Shown: positions 27,818-36,792 of the stretch, piece by piece
Layout of the letters: every line of letters begins with the position of its first letter
Numbering within the stretch: the stretch's first letter is position 1
From: a virus
Length of the DNA stretch: 64,000 bases
IMG/VR virus record: IMGVR_UViG_3300048080_000243
Direction: 5' to 3' (one strand)
The notes under the pieces: generated by a model
Seen by the model: only the letters and a program-made list of their open reading frames with translations
Databases searched by the model: none
What the model was told of the DNA's origin: nothing
Translations under genes and position numbers: made by a program

Positions 27818-29206
27818 CTAGTCAGAGATCGCAGCGATGTGGTCGCAACGACGTTGCGTTGTACCACCGCAAGAACACGCTCCCTTGTTGAGGTCAGTCA
27901 GCACGCGGGCCCCAGTCTTGATACTGGTATGCTGCCAGATGTTCGGCCGAATCTCAGTGATCTGTACGCCGCCCAGACGGAACGTGGTGTGAACCGCTTC
28001 GATCAGACGGTCACCCTCGGCGTTGCTGTCTTCGCCCGTGCTCACGTCCTTGTGGTCGTTGTCCATCCCACGCGCCGGATTGCTGTGCTTGATGTCGCGG
28101 AACTCATCGTCCTGATTGCCCTCGCCAGCACCCACCTTCGACACTTCGGGATGCGCGACCAGTTCTTCCCACTCGGCGAGCGACATGACGTGCGGGCCGT
28201 CCGTATCCATGCCCCTCTGGACGGTGTACGTAACCGTCCCACCACCGACAGCCACGACGTTGATCTGGCCCTCCGGCGTGTCGTAGGACTCGCCACGCTT
28301 CGGACCCGATGCCGTCTTCATCTTGACGACATTCTGCCCTTCCTCGATCCACATGTGACCGCAGTTGCGACAATCGATGGCCGCCTCGGAAACGAGGTAG
28401 TGCTCGACGTCGCCGCAGTCCGGGCACTTCAGCCGGGCCATCTTGACCTCAAGTCCGGCCGTGAGATCATCGCCCTCGTTCACGCGGCTGCCCTCACGAC
28501 GCCGGAACTTGTCCTCGTCCTTGATGTACTTGCCGAGAGAGAAGCCCGAATCCGGAAGGTCCGTGAGATCCTGTTGACTGATCGGAACTTCGGACGGCTC
28601 GCCACCACGACGTTCCTTCCAGTCTCCGCCCGACGGAACGAGGTCGCCGCGAGCAGCGACCTTCTTGAGATCCGAGATGGGCGTTGTGTACGTTCCGTCG
28701 CTGAACTCAACCAAGATCGCTTCGATTCCCGGCGTTGCAGACTGCACCGCAACCCCAGTTTTGCCAGAAGAAATCTCTCTTACTCGGTCCCCTTCCTCGA
28801 TATCACCAGCCGCCGACCGCCCGGTCGTGTGCTCGGCGTCGTGCTCGTCCTGAATCGGCATCTTGTCCGGAGCTTGATCCGTCGGCATGTTCGGGTCACG
28901 ATAGTTGCCCTGCGACGACGCCGTGCGACGACCTACACCGGCCAGCCGCAGAACGTCGGCCGCCATTTCCTCGTGCAAGACGCCCTCTTGGATCATGCGT
29001 GCGCCGAGCCCCGTCAAAAGCGCGTCATCAGGTTGCCCCGGAAGCAACCGCTCGGTAAGCCCAGCAAGCGGATCAAAATCGTCGGCGGACGACACGACGA
29101 CTTCTTCAACCTGCTTGCCCTGACTTCCGGGGACTGCACGCGCCACGCGGATTTGTCCGCTGCGGTGTGTGCCCTGTGCTACGGACCAGTCAACCGATGA
29201 GGGCAT
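27818..29206 (-). CDS. 462-aa modular protein with Zn ribbon and C-terminal SWIM-type finger
   Basis: IRVA, RRTA and MKTA linkers; CPDC...CRNC; CSC-GGTTQRR-CDH. Confidence 0.75.
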   Translation of the reverse strand: MPSSVDWSVAQGTHRSGQIRVARAVPGSQGKQVEEVVVSSADDFDPLAGLTERLLPGQPDDALLTGLGARMIQEGVLHEEMAADVLRLAGVGRRTASSQGNYRDPNMPTDQAPDKMPIQDEHDAEHTTGRSAAGDIEEGDRVREISSGKTGVAVQSATPGIEAILVEFSDGTYTTPISDLKKVAARGDLVPSGGDWKERRGGEPSEVPISQQDLTDLPDSGFSLGKYIKDEDKFRRREGSRVNEGDDLTAGLEVKMARLKCPDCGDVEHYLVSEAAIDCRNCGHMWIEEGQNVVKMKTASGPKRGESYDTPEGQINVVAVGGGTVTYTVQRGMDTDGPHVMSLAEWEELVAHPEVSKVGAGEGNQDDEFRDIKHSNPARGMDNDHKDVSTGEDSNAEGDRLIEAVHTTFRLGGVQITEIRPNIWQHTSIKTGARVLTDLNKGACSCGGTTQRRCDHIAAISD

Positions 29207-29238
29207 GTGTAACCTCCTGAATCACCGCGACGGTCATC

Positions 29239-29670
29239 TTACGTTACTATACCACGCGGCCGAAGCTTCATCAATTCCAACGCGGCCAGATTCACCTTCA
29301 CCCGCTCAATCTTGGTCTTAGTGCTGAGGGTAGAATCCATCCACCCACAGTACAGCTTCATGTTGTGCCGTGCCCTCAGCCAACACGCATGCGGGTTCAC
29401 AACAAGCAAACAGTCGTTGCAAGTCGTCGGCGTTTGGCCATCCATCTGCCGAGCGTGGTTTAGCTGTTTCCGGACTTCCGGTTTGGGCTTCAATTCTTCT
29501 GGTGTCACCCAGCGAAAGTGCACACTGTTGGGCCCAAGACGTTTGATGTGTATGACTTTGTCGAGAAACGCCACGTAGATGGCGTGGCCCACTTCCAGAT
29601 GCCGAATCGCTTCTTCCACCATCGCCCGCAATTCGGGCTGGGGGATGGCGGAGACATCGCTCTCAGTCAC
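29239..29670 (-). CDS. hypothetical protein
   Basis: 143 aa, CNDC. Confidence 0.65.
   Translation of the reverse strand: MTESDVSAIPQPELRAMVEEAIRHLEVGHAIYVAFLDKVIHIKRLGPNSVHFRWVTPEELKPKPEVRKQLNHARQMDGQTPTTCNDCLLVVNPHACWLRARHNMKLYCGWMDSTLSTKTKIERVKVNLAALELMKLRPRGIVT
29246..29274 (-). promoter_or_regulatory. sigma70-like promoter for the modular-protein operon
   Basis: TTGATG-17 nt-TATAGT with TGn extension, about 40 nt before ATG 29206 (CAGGAGG RBS). Confidence 0.7.
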
Positions 29671-30014
29671 GCACGCTCGGCCGACACCCTGAGACGGTTG
29701 AAAGACATTTCACCGACAAAGTCCGACACGCGCCACGAAGGTAGAAATCTGTACTTTTCCCGACATCCTTTAGCCAACGCGTCTTCAGTCTCCGGCGTCC
29801 ATCGCCCGGTCAGCATCAACACGACCATCTCATGAACGATGTTCGGCTCGAACGCTTCCAAAAAGCCGGACTCTTCCCGCCACTCAAGCATCAAAGTAGC
29901 CGTCTTGCCGCCACTTGTCTTTTCGACCTTCACCTTTTCAGCGAACGGCCGGAACACGCGGTAAGAGAACTGCCCGAGTTCGATCTCGGCGATAGCCCCA
30001 TCTTCCGGCATCAC
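29667..30014 (-). CDS. hypothetical protein
   Basis: 115 aa, coupled. Confidence 0.65.
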   Translation of the reverse strand: MMPEDGAIAEIELGQFSYRVFRPFAEKVKVEKTSGGKTATLMLEWREESGFLEAFEPNIVHEMVVLMLTGRWTPETEDALAKGCREKYRFLPSWRVSDFVGEMSFNRLRVSAERA

Positions 30015-30577
30015 AGCGTCCCGCCTTTTTCTTTGGCTTCTCGCAACAGGTCCGCCATCTGTGACGGCCGGAGAGGGTGCGTCGTCTGATTCGCACGATC
30101 CAGACGACCAAAATCGCGAACGACACGATTGACAATCTCGTCCGTACTGCGCGGGTCCTTCTCAATGTTAGAGAGTTTCGTTTCGTTGAGAACCGCATCG
30201 CGCGCAGACGGTTCCAGCGCCAAGAACCACTGAATGGCCTGGATCGACACGTTGCAAATGTCCACCCCAGCCGCAGCCGTCTGTTTCTTCAAACCGTGCA
30301 ACAACACAGCGCGTGGCAACTCCGTCAATCGTTCCTGCAGCGTCTTCACGCTCTCCTGCAACCACTCCTCGAAAGTCAACTTGGACACGTCCCGACCATC
30401 GGGAAGCGTACGCATCGAAGGCGGAAGCGTAGCTGCCTTCAAGTAGTACTCGTTCATTTCGACAATCCACTCGCGCCGGTTGAACTCAAGCTGTGGCCCC
30501 GCCAGTTCACCGATAGTGGACAGCCCGGTGTTGATCCTCCGTTGTTGCCGGAGTGGGTGTACTGGAATCGGGTCCAT
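30011..30577 (-). CDS. hypothetical protein
   Basis: 188 aa, coupled. Confidence 0.7.
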   Translation of the reverse strand: MDPIPVHPLRQQRRINTGLSTIGELAGPQLEFNRREWIVEMNEYYLKAATLPPSMRTLPDGRDVSKLTFEEWLQESVKTLQERLTELPRAVLLHGLKKQTAAAGVDICNVSIQAIQWFLALEPSARDAVLNETKLSNIEKDPRSTDEIVNRVVRDFGRLDRANQTTHPLRPSQMADLLREAKEKGGTL

Positions 30578-30834
30578 TAGACGACCTTGACCGACCCTCC
30601 CCAGCCGACGAGATGCATACGGTCATCGAACGTGCAGCCATCTTGACCGTATCTGTCGCAACGTACCGACACTTTCGTTTCCCCGGTGTTCTGGTTCACG
30701 TTGTTCGGGTCGAGGTCGTTGAGGTGTCCCTTCGGACACAAATAAAACAGAGACACGATCCCCGCCCGGATCATCCCAAACTTCCACCACGGCGCAGTGA
30801 ACTTCGCGACTTCGTCCCTTTGAATCTCAAGCAC
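30577..30834 (-). CDS. small Zn-binding hypothetical protein
   Basis: AGGAGG then GTG 30834; CPKGH...C...C. Confidence 0.65.
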   Translation of the reverse strand: MLEIQRDEVAKFTAPWWKFGMIRAGIVSLFYLCPKGHLNDLDPNNVNQNTGETKVSVRCDRYGQDGCTFDDRMHLVGWGGSVKVV

Positions 30835-30845
30835 GCAAAGACCTC

Positions 30846-31217
30846 CTATCTGAGCATCAGGTTGTTGAGTTGTTCTGCTGGAACCCGGTACTGTTCGCAC
30901 TCAGGCATCTCGGCGTCCGAGTCCACCGGTTTACCCGCAAGGTGACACGACTCCACGCCACAAGTCAGCATGGCCTTCGTCTCACCTGTCCTATCATTTC
31001 GGAAATCCGCGTTCTGAAGATTCGCGCACGGGAAGTTGTAGGCATCGCCCACCGCCGAATGAAACTCCTCCGACGCCAAAATCTCCTGCCCCCGCTCTTC
31101 GAGCGCCCTCGCAGTGAGCGCAAGCTTCGGAGAGATGCTGACGAATGGCTCAAGAATCTTTCTCGCATAACGAATCGCCCGCAACTCGTCCAACAACGGA
31201 ATGCCGTATCTTACCAC
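30846..31217 (-). CDS. hypothetical protein
   Basis: 123 aa, overlaps the terminase end. Confidence 0.65.
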   Translation of the reverse strand: MVRYGIPLLDELRAIRYARKILEPFVSISPKLALTARALEERGQEILASEEFHSAVGDAYNFPCANLQNADFRNDRTGETKAMLTCGVESCHLAGKPVDSDAEMPECEQYRVPAEQLNNLMLR

Positions 31218-33235
31218 CCGGACGTCCTCCCGCCACGACCACGGCTTGAACCGCGCCCGCCAACAGGCAAACCAACAGAACGCCTCGGCATGATGGATGT
31301 CGGCAGCATGTTTGGCGGCAAAGTCGGGTCCGGGGGCACCTGTGAGTTATTTCGGATAGCGGTCATGTCAGCAGAAGAGACTGGGAAACCTTGGGCCTTG
31401 GGCGAGAACGGGTTGCCACTGGCGTTCCCAGCCGACGTGTGCTGGGCCTTCACCCCGACGCTCCGTCTCTTAGCGAACGCCCACAATGCTGCTTGCGGGT
31501 CTTTTAGCCTACCATTGAGCAGTCTGGCGCACCCGGCGAGAGCGTCCGCGATGTCCTTGGAACCAAAAGTCGGCGACCCCTCAGGCGGGTGATCCACTTT
31601 GTTCGACCCCACTCGGACGAGCCGCGTCAACTCCTGCGTCTGTAACGGGTGGTCGAGAAGTTCGGCCGCGCCCGTGTAAATCAGGCTCTGCAAAAGCGCG
31701 TAATCGGCATAGCTGACCACGTGCTCTTCCGTGTACACGCGATGACGCTTCAAAGCTTCTTGCAGCGTGGCTGAGTTCCACGCATCACACCCGAACATCC
31801 TAATCCGAAGACCGCGCCGCATAAGGTCAAGAATCAAAGCTTCGACGCTGGCAACCGCCACTTGAAGCTGGCGCGACGGGTCGGGCTGCCACACGACGAC
31901 TGCCTCTTCGATCAGCTTATTCACGGTCGTCTGTTGAATCTCGCCTGAAGTTTCAGACTTGATCTCGACCTTCACAGGTTCGCCACGGGCGATAACAAGC
32001 GCTGCACGGTTACTGACTCGCCCAAGGTCAACCCACCCAACGCGCGAATGTTGCATTTCCTGTACGCTGTTGATAAGCCACTCACCGATTTCCTGCCCGA
32101 GCATCCTCTCACGCTTCGAACGCCCGTTCATGGCGTCCACAAGTTCCACTTCCACCAACGTGGAGCGAGTGCGGAAGATGGGAATACGATTCTTGTTGAT
32201 ACATTCGGTGATGCGTTCCGGGTACTCGAAAAACGCCCCAGCGATCTTGGGCGGGATCGTGAGGTACTTGGCCTTGGCGTCCGCCGGGGTAGTCTTGAAC
32301 TCCTTCTCGAAGTCAATCGGGATCTTGAATCCTTCAAAGTCGAAAGTCTGATCCGAGAAACTGCCCGGCGGCCGGACTTCCCACGTTGACGCGCGTGCAA
32401 CTTTGAACCGCAGCGTCTCGTTGAGCGCCTGCTCGTACATTCGCATCGTGAAATCCGTGTCCGACTCCGAACGCGGAAACGACATAACGATCCCACGCCA
32501 TCGTCCGGGGAAGCGGGAGTTCGCCGATGTCGTGAGCGTGCTGTAAATCTTGTCGCCGTTGGCAATCTTGGTCTCGCTCTTGAAGGCCGAAGCCTCGTCC
32601 ATGACCCAGAACAAGATGTCGTGTCCTTCGTAGCTCTCCTGTTGGCTGTGCTCAGAGATGGCGCGAATGCCTTTCGGAAAGTTGATGCGGTCTTCTTTGA
32701 TCCGCACGTACTCGCTGGCCGGACTGAAGCTAGCCATGGACGGAACCATGCGCCCCCGGTGGAACATGCGGTAACGCTTCCGAAGCCAAACCCACGCCTT
32801 CACCAACTCCACAAGCGTGGCGAAATACACATCACTCGCCTGATCCGAACTGTACGCCACGTTGACCAGACTGATGAAGCCACGGCCCTTGAAACCCAAC
32901 CACTCGCGTGGCTTGTGCAGACACAGGAGGATGTAGATAACGTACATGGCGATTGCACGCGCCATCGTGTCTTTGCCGGAACCCTTGCCGAGAAGCCAAA
33001 TGGCCGTACTCGCGCGGTCAAGGTCGCGCTCGAAGAACCTCGTCCCGTCGGGGCCGACGAAGTCCTCCATGAACTCGTACTGCTTGTCGGAAAACCGGAA
33101 GTTCAGGTGTTCCGGCGACTCACAAAACTCGCGAAGTTTGATAGGACGTTCGATCCAGTCGGTGACAGTGCTAATGCTGGCGATATCACCTTTGCCGTCC
33201 TTCAAACCCGCTTCGACAATACTGCGAAGCGACAT
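31211..33235 (-). CDS. terL: terminase large subunit
   Basis: Walker A GKGSGKD, VNVAYS, Walker B FWVMDEAS, RNase H-like VDLG, CDAWN, KDIADALAG. Confidence 0.92.
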   Translation of the reverse strand: MSLRSIVEAGLKDGKGDIASISTVTDWIERPIKLREFCESPEHLNFRFSDKQYEFMEDFVGPDGTRFFERDLDRASTAIWLLGKGSGKDTMARAIAMYVIYILLCLHKPREWLGFKGRGFISLVNVAYSSDQASDVYFATLVELVKAWVWLRKRYRMFHRGRMVPSMASFSPASEYVRIKEDRINFPKGIRAISEHSQQESYEGHDILFWVMDEASAFKSETKIANGDKIYSTLTTSANSRFPGRWRGIVMSFPRSESDTDFTMRMYEQALNETLRFKVARASTWEVRPPGSFSDQTFDFEGFKIPIDFEKEFKTTPADAKAKYLTIPPKIAGAFFEYPERITECINKNRIPIFRTRSTLVEVELVDAMNGRSKRERMLGQEIGEWLINSVQEMQHSRVGWVDLGRVSNRAALVIARGEPVKVEIKSETSGEIQQTTVNKLIEEAVVVWQPDPSRQLQVAVASVEALILDLMRRGLRIRMFGCDAWNSATLQEALKRHRVYTEEHVVSYADYALLQSLIYTGAAELLDHPLQTQELTRLVRVGSNKVDHPPEGSPTFGSKDIADALAGCARLLNGRLKDPQAALWAFAKRRSVGVKAQHTSAGNASGNPFSPKAQGFPVSSADMTAIRNNSQVPPDPTLPPNMLPTSIMPRRSVGLPVGGRGSSRGRGGRTSGW
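31346..31354 (-). promoter_or_regulatory. CGAAATAAC motif, copy 3 (inside the terL 3' end)
   Basis: Exact match; in-frame GTG 6 nt downstream; about 130 nt before gene 31217. Confidence 0.45.
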
Positions 33236-33240
33236 GTGCT

Positions 33241-33642
33241 CTACTTTTTCACTGCCCTGTACGTCTCCACAAGGATCGGGACAATGAACGTCGTCACCAG
33301 CAAAGTCCACCGCTGATAACCCGGCATCGCGTAATGTCCCTTCCCCGCCTGTTCACCGATGAACCGATATTTGAGGTCTTCTGCATACCGATCAGTCGGC
33401 ACTACTTGGAAACCGTACATCTCGTTCTCTGGAACGAAGCGTCCTCTACCAAGACTCGGAATGTCTACCGGCACGCCGACTTTGTAGAGAGGACGAACTT
33501 CGACGGGAGTAAAAGAAGCCGCAGGAGCGGGCATGGGGGGTGTCGTGGCCGGAACCACAACGGCCGCAACGACTGTTGGCGTCGTTGCGGGGGGTCCCGC
33601 TCCTGCGGCGGCAAACGCGGTGAAAAGCAGCGCGAACAACAT
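33241..33642 (-). CDS. exported/membrane protein of the lysis region
   Basis: Signal-like N-terminus, P/T/A-rich linker, C-terminal hydrophobic segment. Confidence 0.65.
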   Translation of the reverse strand: MLFALLFTAFAAAGAGPPATTPTVVAAVVVPATTPPMPAPAASFTPVEVRPLYKVGVPVDIPSLGRGRFVPENEMYGFQVVPTDRYAEDLKYRFIGEQAGKGHYAMPGYQRWTLLVTTFIVPILVETYRAVKK

Positions 33643-34217
33643 CAGACCTTCTTGAATCCTTCGGGCGTCTTTCCGTTGGCGATGGCCGCAATCGCATCAT
33701 CCTTCGCCTTGGGGTCGGTCAGCGTCTGCGCCCACTTGAGCAGGTCAGACTCATGGGGCTTGGTTCCGGCCTTCCAGTATTCGTACATGCCGGTAGCCGC
33801 AGCCGGTCCCAAGACCGAGATCAGCAACGCATAGACAAGCGGAACGCCGGTCGCCAGAGTCGCGGCCAAAGTGCCAAGACCGCCGAGAATGGAAATCACG
33901 ACAAGACGCTTCTTGGGTGACAGACCCGCGACCAGCTTCGCGATGATGTCCGCCACGAACTTGAAGCGAAGAAGCTGCCCCAAGATCATGATGAACAACG
34001 GCAACGCCACCAACCACTGATGATTCTGGACCGCTTGAGCCAGCTTCATCGTGTCGTTGAGCACCTGTCCCGGCGAAGGCGGAGGACCGGCCGGGTCTGT
34101 CGGCGCAACGACAGCCGTCGGCGTAGCCCCTTCTCCGTCTGCCGCAGCATACACAACACCCGCGATGATCCCCACGAACCCGAGAACCATCATCCACGAA
34201 CCAATTCGCTTGATCAT
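33642..34217 (-). CDS. holin-like multi-pass membrane protein
   Basis: Four hydrophobic helices, basic C-terminus, next to the endolysins. Confidence 0.6.
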   Translation of the reverse strand: MIKRIGSWMMVLGFVGIIAGVVYAAADGEGATPTAVVAPTDPAGPPPSPGQVLNDTMKLAQAVQNHQWLVALPLFIMILGQLLRFKFVADIIAKLVAGLSPKKRLVVISILGGLGTLAATLATGVPLVYALLISVLGPAAATGMYEYWKAGTKPHESDLLKWAQTLTDPKAKDDAIAAIANGKTPEGFKKV

Positions 34218-34218
34218 C

Positions 34219-34413
34219 TCACCCTCCCTTGTGAAAATACCAGAGAACAACCCACTTCACCGCGACAGCGACAGCGACCAGCCCAATCAAGAAGACCGCC
34301 CCAACCATGAACGCCACAGCAACAAGCGCCCCGCGAAGCGGACTGCGCTTGATCGAAACGTCAACGCGACGTTTCTTCGTCCCGGTGAGGTCGATCTTCT
34401 TGATAGGTTCCGT
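34219..34413 (-). CDS. small membrane protein with apparent ACG start (not in the track)
   Basis: AGGAGG-5 nt-ACG GAA CCT ATC AAG; 64 codons with one long TM; in frame with the upstream TAG. Confidence 0.55.
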   Translation of the reverse strand, partial: TEPIKKIDLTGTKKRRVDVSIKRSPLRGALVAVAFMVGAVFLIGLVAVAVAVKWVVLWYFHKGG

Positions 34414-34422
34414 ACGTTCCTC

Positions 34423-34896
34423 CTACTTGTTCAGCCGGGCCAGATCCTTCTCGATGTCCGCCTTGTGGGACGTCGCGAGTTCGCGGGTCTTCTGCTCCAT
34501 GTGCTCACAGGCCAGGCACTTTTCATACGCTGCCACGGCCTTCTTGAGATTGGAGGCGTACCCCGCCCGGTCCTTCTTACCGGCAGCTTCCAACGCAACA
34601 AGGTGCCATGCAAAGGCAGCGTTGTTCCACGCCCACGCGATGCACGTTGCACAGTTCGGCTGCCCACTCACCTGCCCCTTCAGGCCGGTGATGGTCGCAT
34701 GATCCTTCAGTTCCTTGCTGTCCGCGAACTTCTCCCACGACTGTGCCAGTTCCGCCGTGGCATTGCTGTCGCTCGGCTTCTCCGGACGAGCAGCTTGGTA
34801 CGCCGCCTCTGGATCGTTGGCGGGCTTTCCGTTCTCCATCGCGAACACCGGCACCGCGAAAAGCACCGTCAGCAGAACTGCGAAGATCGATTTCAC
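34423..34896 (-). CDS. secreted helical (TPR-like) protein
   Basis: GGAGG then GTG; Sec signal KSIFAVLLTVLFAVPVFA; AWAWNNAAFAW helical repeats. Confidence 0.7.
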   Translation of the reverse strand: MKSIFAVLLTVLFAVPVFAMENGKPANDPEAAYQAARPEKPSDSNATAELAQSWEKFADSKELKDHATITGLKGQVSGQPNCATCIAWAWNNAAFAWHLVALEAAGKKDRAGYASNLKKAVAAYEKCLACEHMEQKTRELATSHKADIEKDLARLNK

Positions 34897-34940
34897 TGCA
34901 CACCTCCCATGGCGAAATGTTTGGTTGAAAGAAACCACGC

Positions 34941-35669
34941 TCATCCGCCTTGAACGTGACTTCCTATGATCGGATCTGTGATGTACCACGGCATTGGCTC
35001 TGCCCACAAAGTTTCGTACCGATACAACAGCCCTGGGATGTACTTGCCGTGCGTCTTTTCCGTCCATCCCGGACCGCCGTTGTGATGCACAGCAGCCAAA
35101 CGAAGCTTACTTTTGTGTTCCTCAAGCAACCGCGCAAGATGGCCCACTGAAGTCCACACGCACGTGACACGATTGTGCAGGAACTTCTGCCAGTATGCCT
35201 CGGCTCTCCGGTCCCACGACGCTTTCGCTGCTTGGTACGTTTGGTGCTTTATGCCCTTGTAATCCTTCCGCCGGGGTTCGGGCGGAATGCGACCCAACCA
35301 CACGGCCGCGTTGAGGACCTCGTGACGCTGACACGCGAGCGGGCCCCAACCAATCTTGTTGTCGTGCCAGTCGAACGTGCCACACGACTCACGATAGGCG
35401 ACAGCCCAATAGAACCGGTACAGACGCCGCGCAGCGTCTTCGTCCCAGCATTTATGGTCGGCGACACCTTCGGCCGCACGCCACGAAGTCCAAACGTGGT
35501 CCTCACGCTCGGCCGACGAAGGTGGGGCGGGCTTCACCCAGCGATGGAGCACGGTCCGCACGACTTCGTCACAACGAATGACGTCCGCGGGCTCTTGTCC
35601 GGCACTGATTCCGACGAACCCGGTAAACGCTGCAGCCATAAGTACGATCAATAGAATACGCTTGAGCAT
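34941..35669 (-). CDS. signal-peptide lytic transglycosylase-like protein
   Basis: Sec signal; AVAYRES (catalytic E), GPLACQ, AVHHNGGPG, as in SLT motifs. Confidence 0.6.
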   Translation of the reverse strand: MLKRILLIVLMAAAFTGFVGISAGQEPADVIRCDEVVRTVLHRWVKPAPPSSAEREDHVWTSWRAAEGVADHKCWDEDAARRLYRFYWAVAYRESCGTFDWHDNKIGWGPLACQRHEVLNAAVWLGRIPPEPRRKDYKGIKHQTYQAAKASWDRRAEAYWQKFLHNRVTCVWTSVGHLARLLEEHKSKLRLAAVHHNGGPGWTEKTHGKYIPGLLYRYETLWAEPMPWYITDPIIGSHVQGG

Positions 35670-35683
35670 GTTTTTCCTCCTAA

Positions 35684-35760
35684 CCCAGTTTGAACGAAGC
35701 TTCTAAGTCCGAAGCCACCCGTTCTGGGCGAAAGGTTGGAAGACAGTCCTGACACGACTG
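35684..35760 (-). other. two stem-loops in the intergenic leader next to the SD of gene 35669
   Basis: CCCAG/CTGGG plus AACG/CGTT plus GCTTC/GAAGC nested stems; CAGTC/GACTG hairpin. Confidence 0.5.
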
Positions 35761-35767
35761 GTCCTCA

Positions 35768-36718
35768 TCACGTCAACTCCACGGCCGTTTGGAGGCGAAT
35801 CCCGAACTGCGCTTCCAAGTCGAGATGCTTTCCGTGGACCGTTCCACCACCATTCGCAATCGCCAGCTTCCGACGGCGCACATCTTCCGCCCATTGGGGC
35901 TTGGCAGCGTCGGCACGACGGTTCGCGACGATCTTCAGAAGATCTACCTCGGTAACGGCCTTCTCGAAGTCTCGCACAATCTGGGCCTTCGTGACGTCCC
36001 GGATCGACCCATTCTGGGTCTTGATGTCGAACATGAGTGCGACCGCCCGTTCCGTCTTCAGGCCGTAGTCCCGACAAAGCTGCAGGGCCGCTGCAAACAA
36101 GCCCGCCGCCGCATTCTGCTCAATCTGTTGAAACTCGTCCGTCCGGCCGAGAGCCTTGAAGTACCCGGCCCACGGTTCAAAGAATCGACAACGCGGATCT
36201 TGAATCGAACGGACCCATGCAAGCTGGTCCGCCCGGTCCGGATCTGCGAGAACGGCCTCTAACTCGGGAAGCCTCTTCCCGAACACCGTGGACATGATCG
36301 CCGGGTGGTCCTTCGCCATCTTCAAGAGAAGCGACTGAAGACTTCCCTGTCCGATGTTCCACTGGCAGACACCAAAGCTGAGTCCTTGGCCGTTGAAGTC
36401 GCCCGAGATCCCTGCGAAGCAATCTGGTGGCGGCGTACCCGTCTCAAACGTCCCGGTCAACGCAAGGCACCGGTACGCGAGCGGCTTCGTGACCATATCG
36501 TTCCCAACCTGAGCCGCTGGGGTTAGTGCCTTCCAAGTTGCCTCTCCGACCACTCCGTCTGCAGTGAGCCCCTTCGACGCCTGGAACGCACGGACGGCCG
36601 ATTCGGTCCCTCCGCCAAAGACCCCGTCCACCGGTCCACGATAGGAACCAGCCCCCTCCAACGCCCTTTGGAGCGTCTTGACGTCCTCGCCGGTCCAACC
36701 CCTACGAAGCGAGTTCAT
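35768..36718 (-). CDS. endolysin: PG_binding_1 domain plus lysozyme-like catalytic domain
   Basis: LRRGWTGEDVKTLQRAL...VDGVFG...AVRAFQ...DGVVGEATW; FETG...GQGLSFGVCQWN. Confidence 0.85.
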   Translation of the reverse strand: MNSLRRGWTGEDVKTLQRALEGAGSYRGPVDGVFGGGTESAVRAFQASKGLTADGVVGEATWKALTPAAQVGNDMVTKPLAYRCLALTGTFETGTPPPDCFAGISGDFNGQGLSFGVCQWNIGQGSLQSLLLKMAKDHPAIMSTVFGKRLPELEAVLADPDRADQLAWVRSIQDPRCRFFEPWAGYFKALGRTDEFQQIEQNAAAGLFAAALQLCRDYGLKTERAVALMFDIKTQNGSIRDVTKAQIVRDFEKAVTEVDLLKIVANRRADAAKPQWAEDVRRRKLAIANGGGTVHGKHLDLEAQFGIRLQTAVELT

Positions 36719-36783
36719 GGTTGCACCCACTCCCCCAGTTCCCGTCGGGGCGTCGGTTGCGGAACAATCTCAAAATCAGCCAT
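36715..36783 (-). CDS. 22-aa upstream ORF coupled to the endolysin start
   Basis: ATG 9 nt after the -10 box; TGA overlaps the endolysin ATG (ATGA). Confidence 0.4.
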   Translation of the reverse strand: MADFEIVPQPTPRRELGEWVQP

Positions 36784-36792
36784 TACCCGTAT

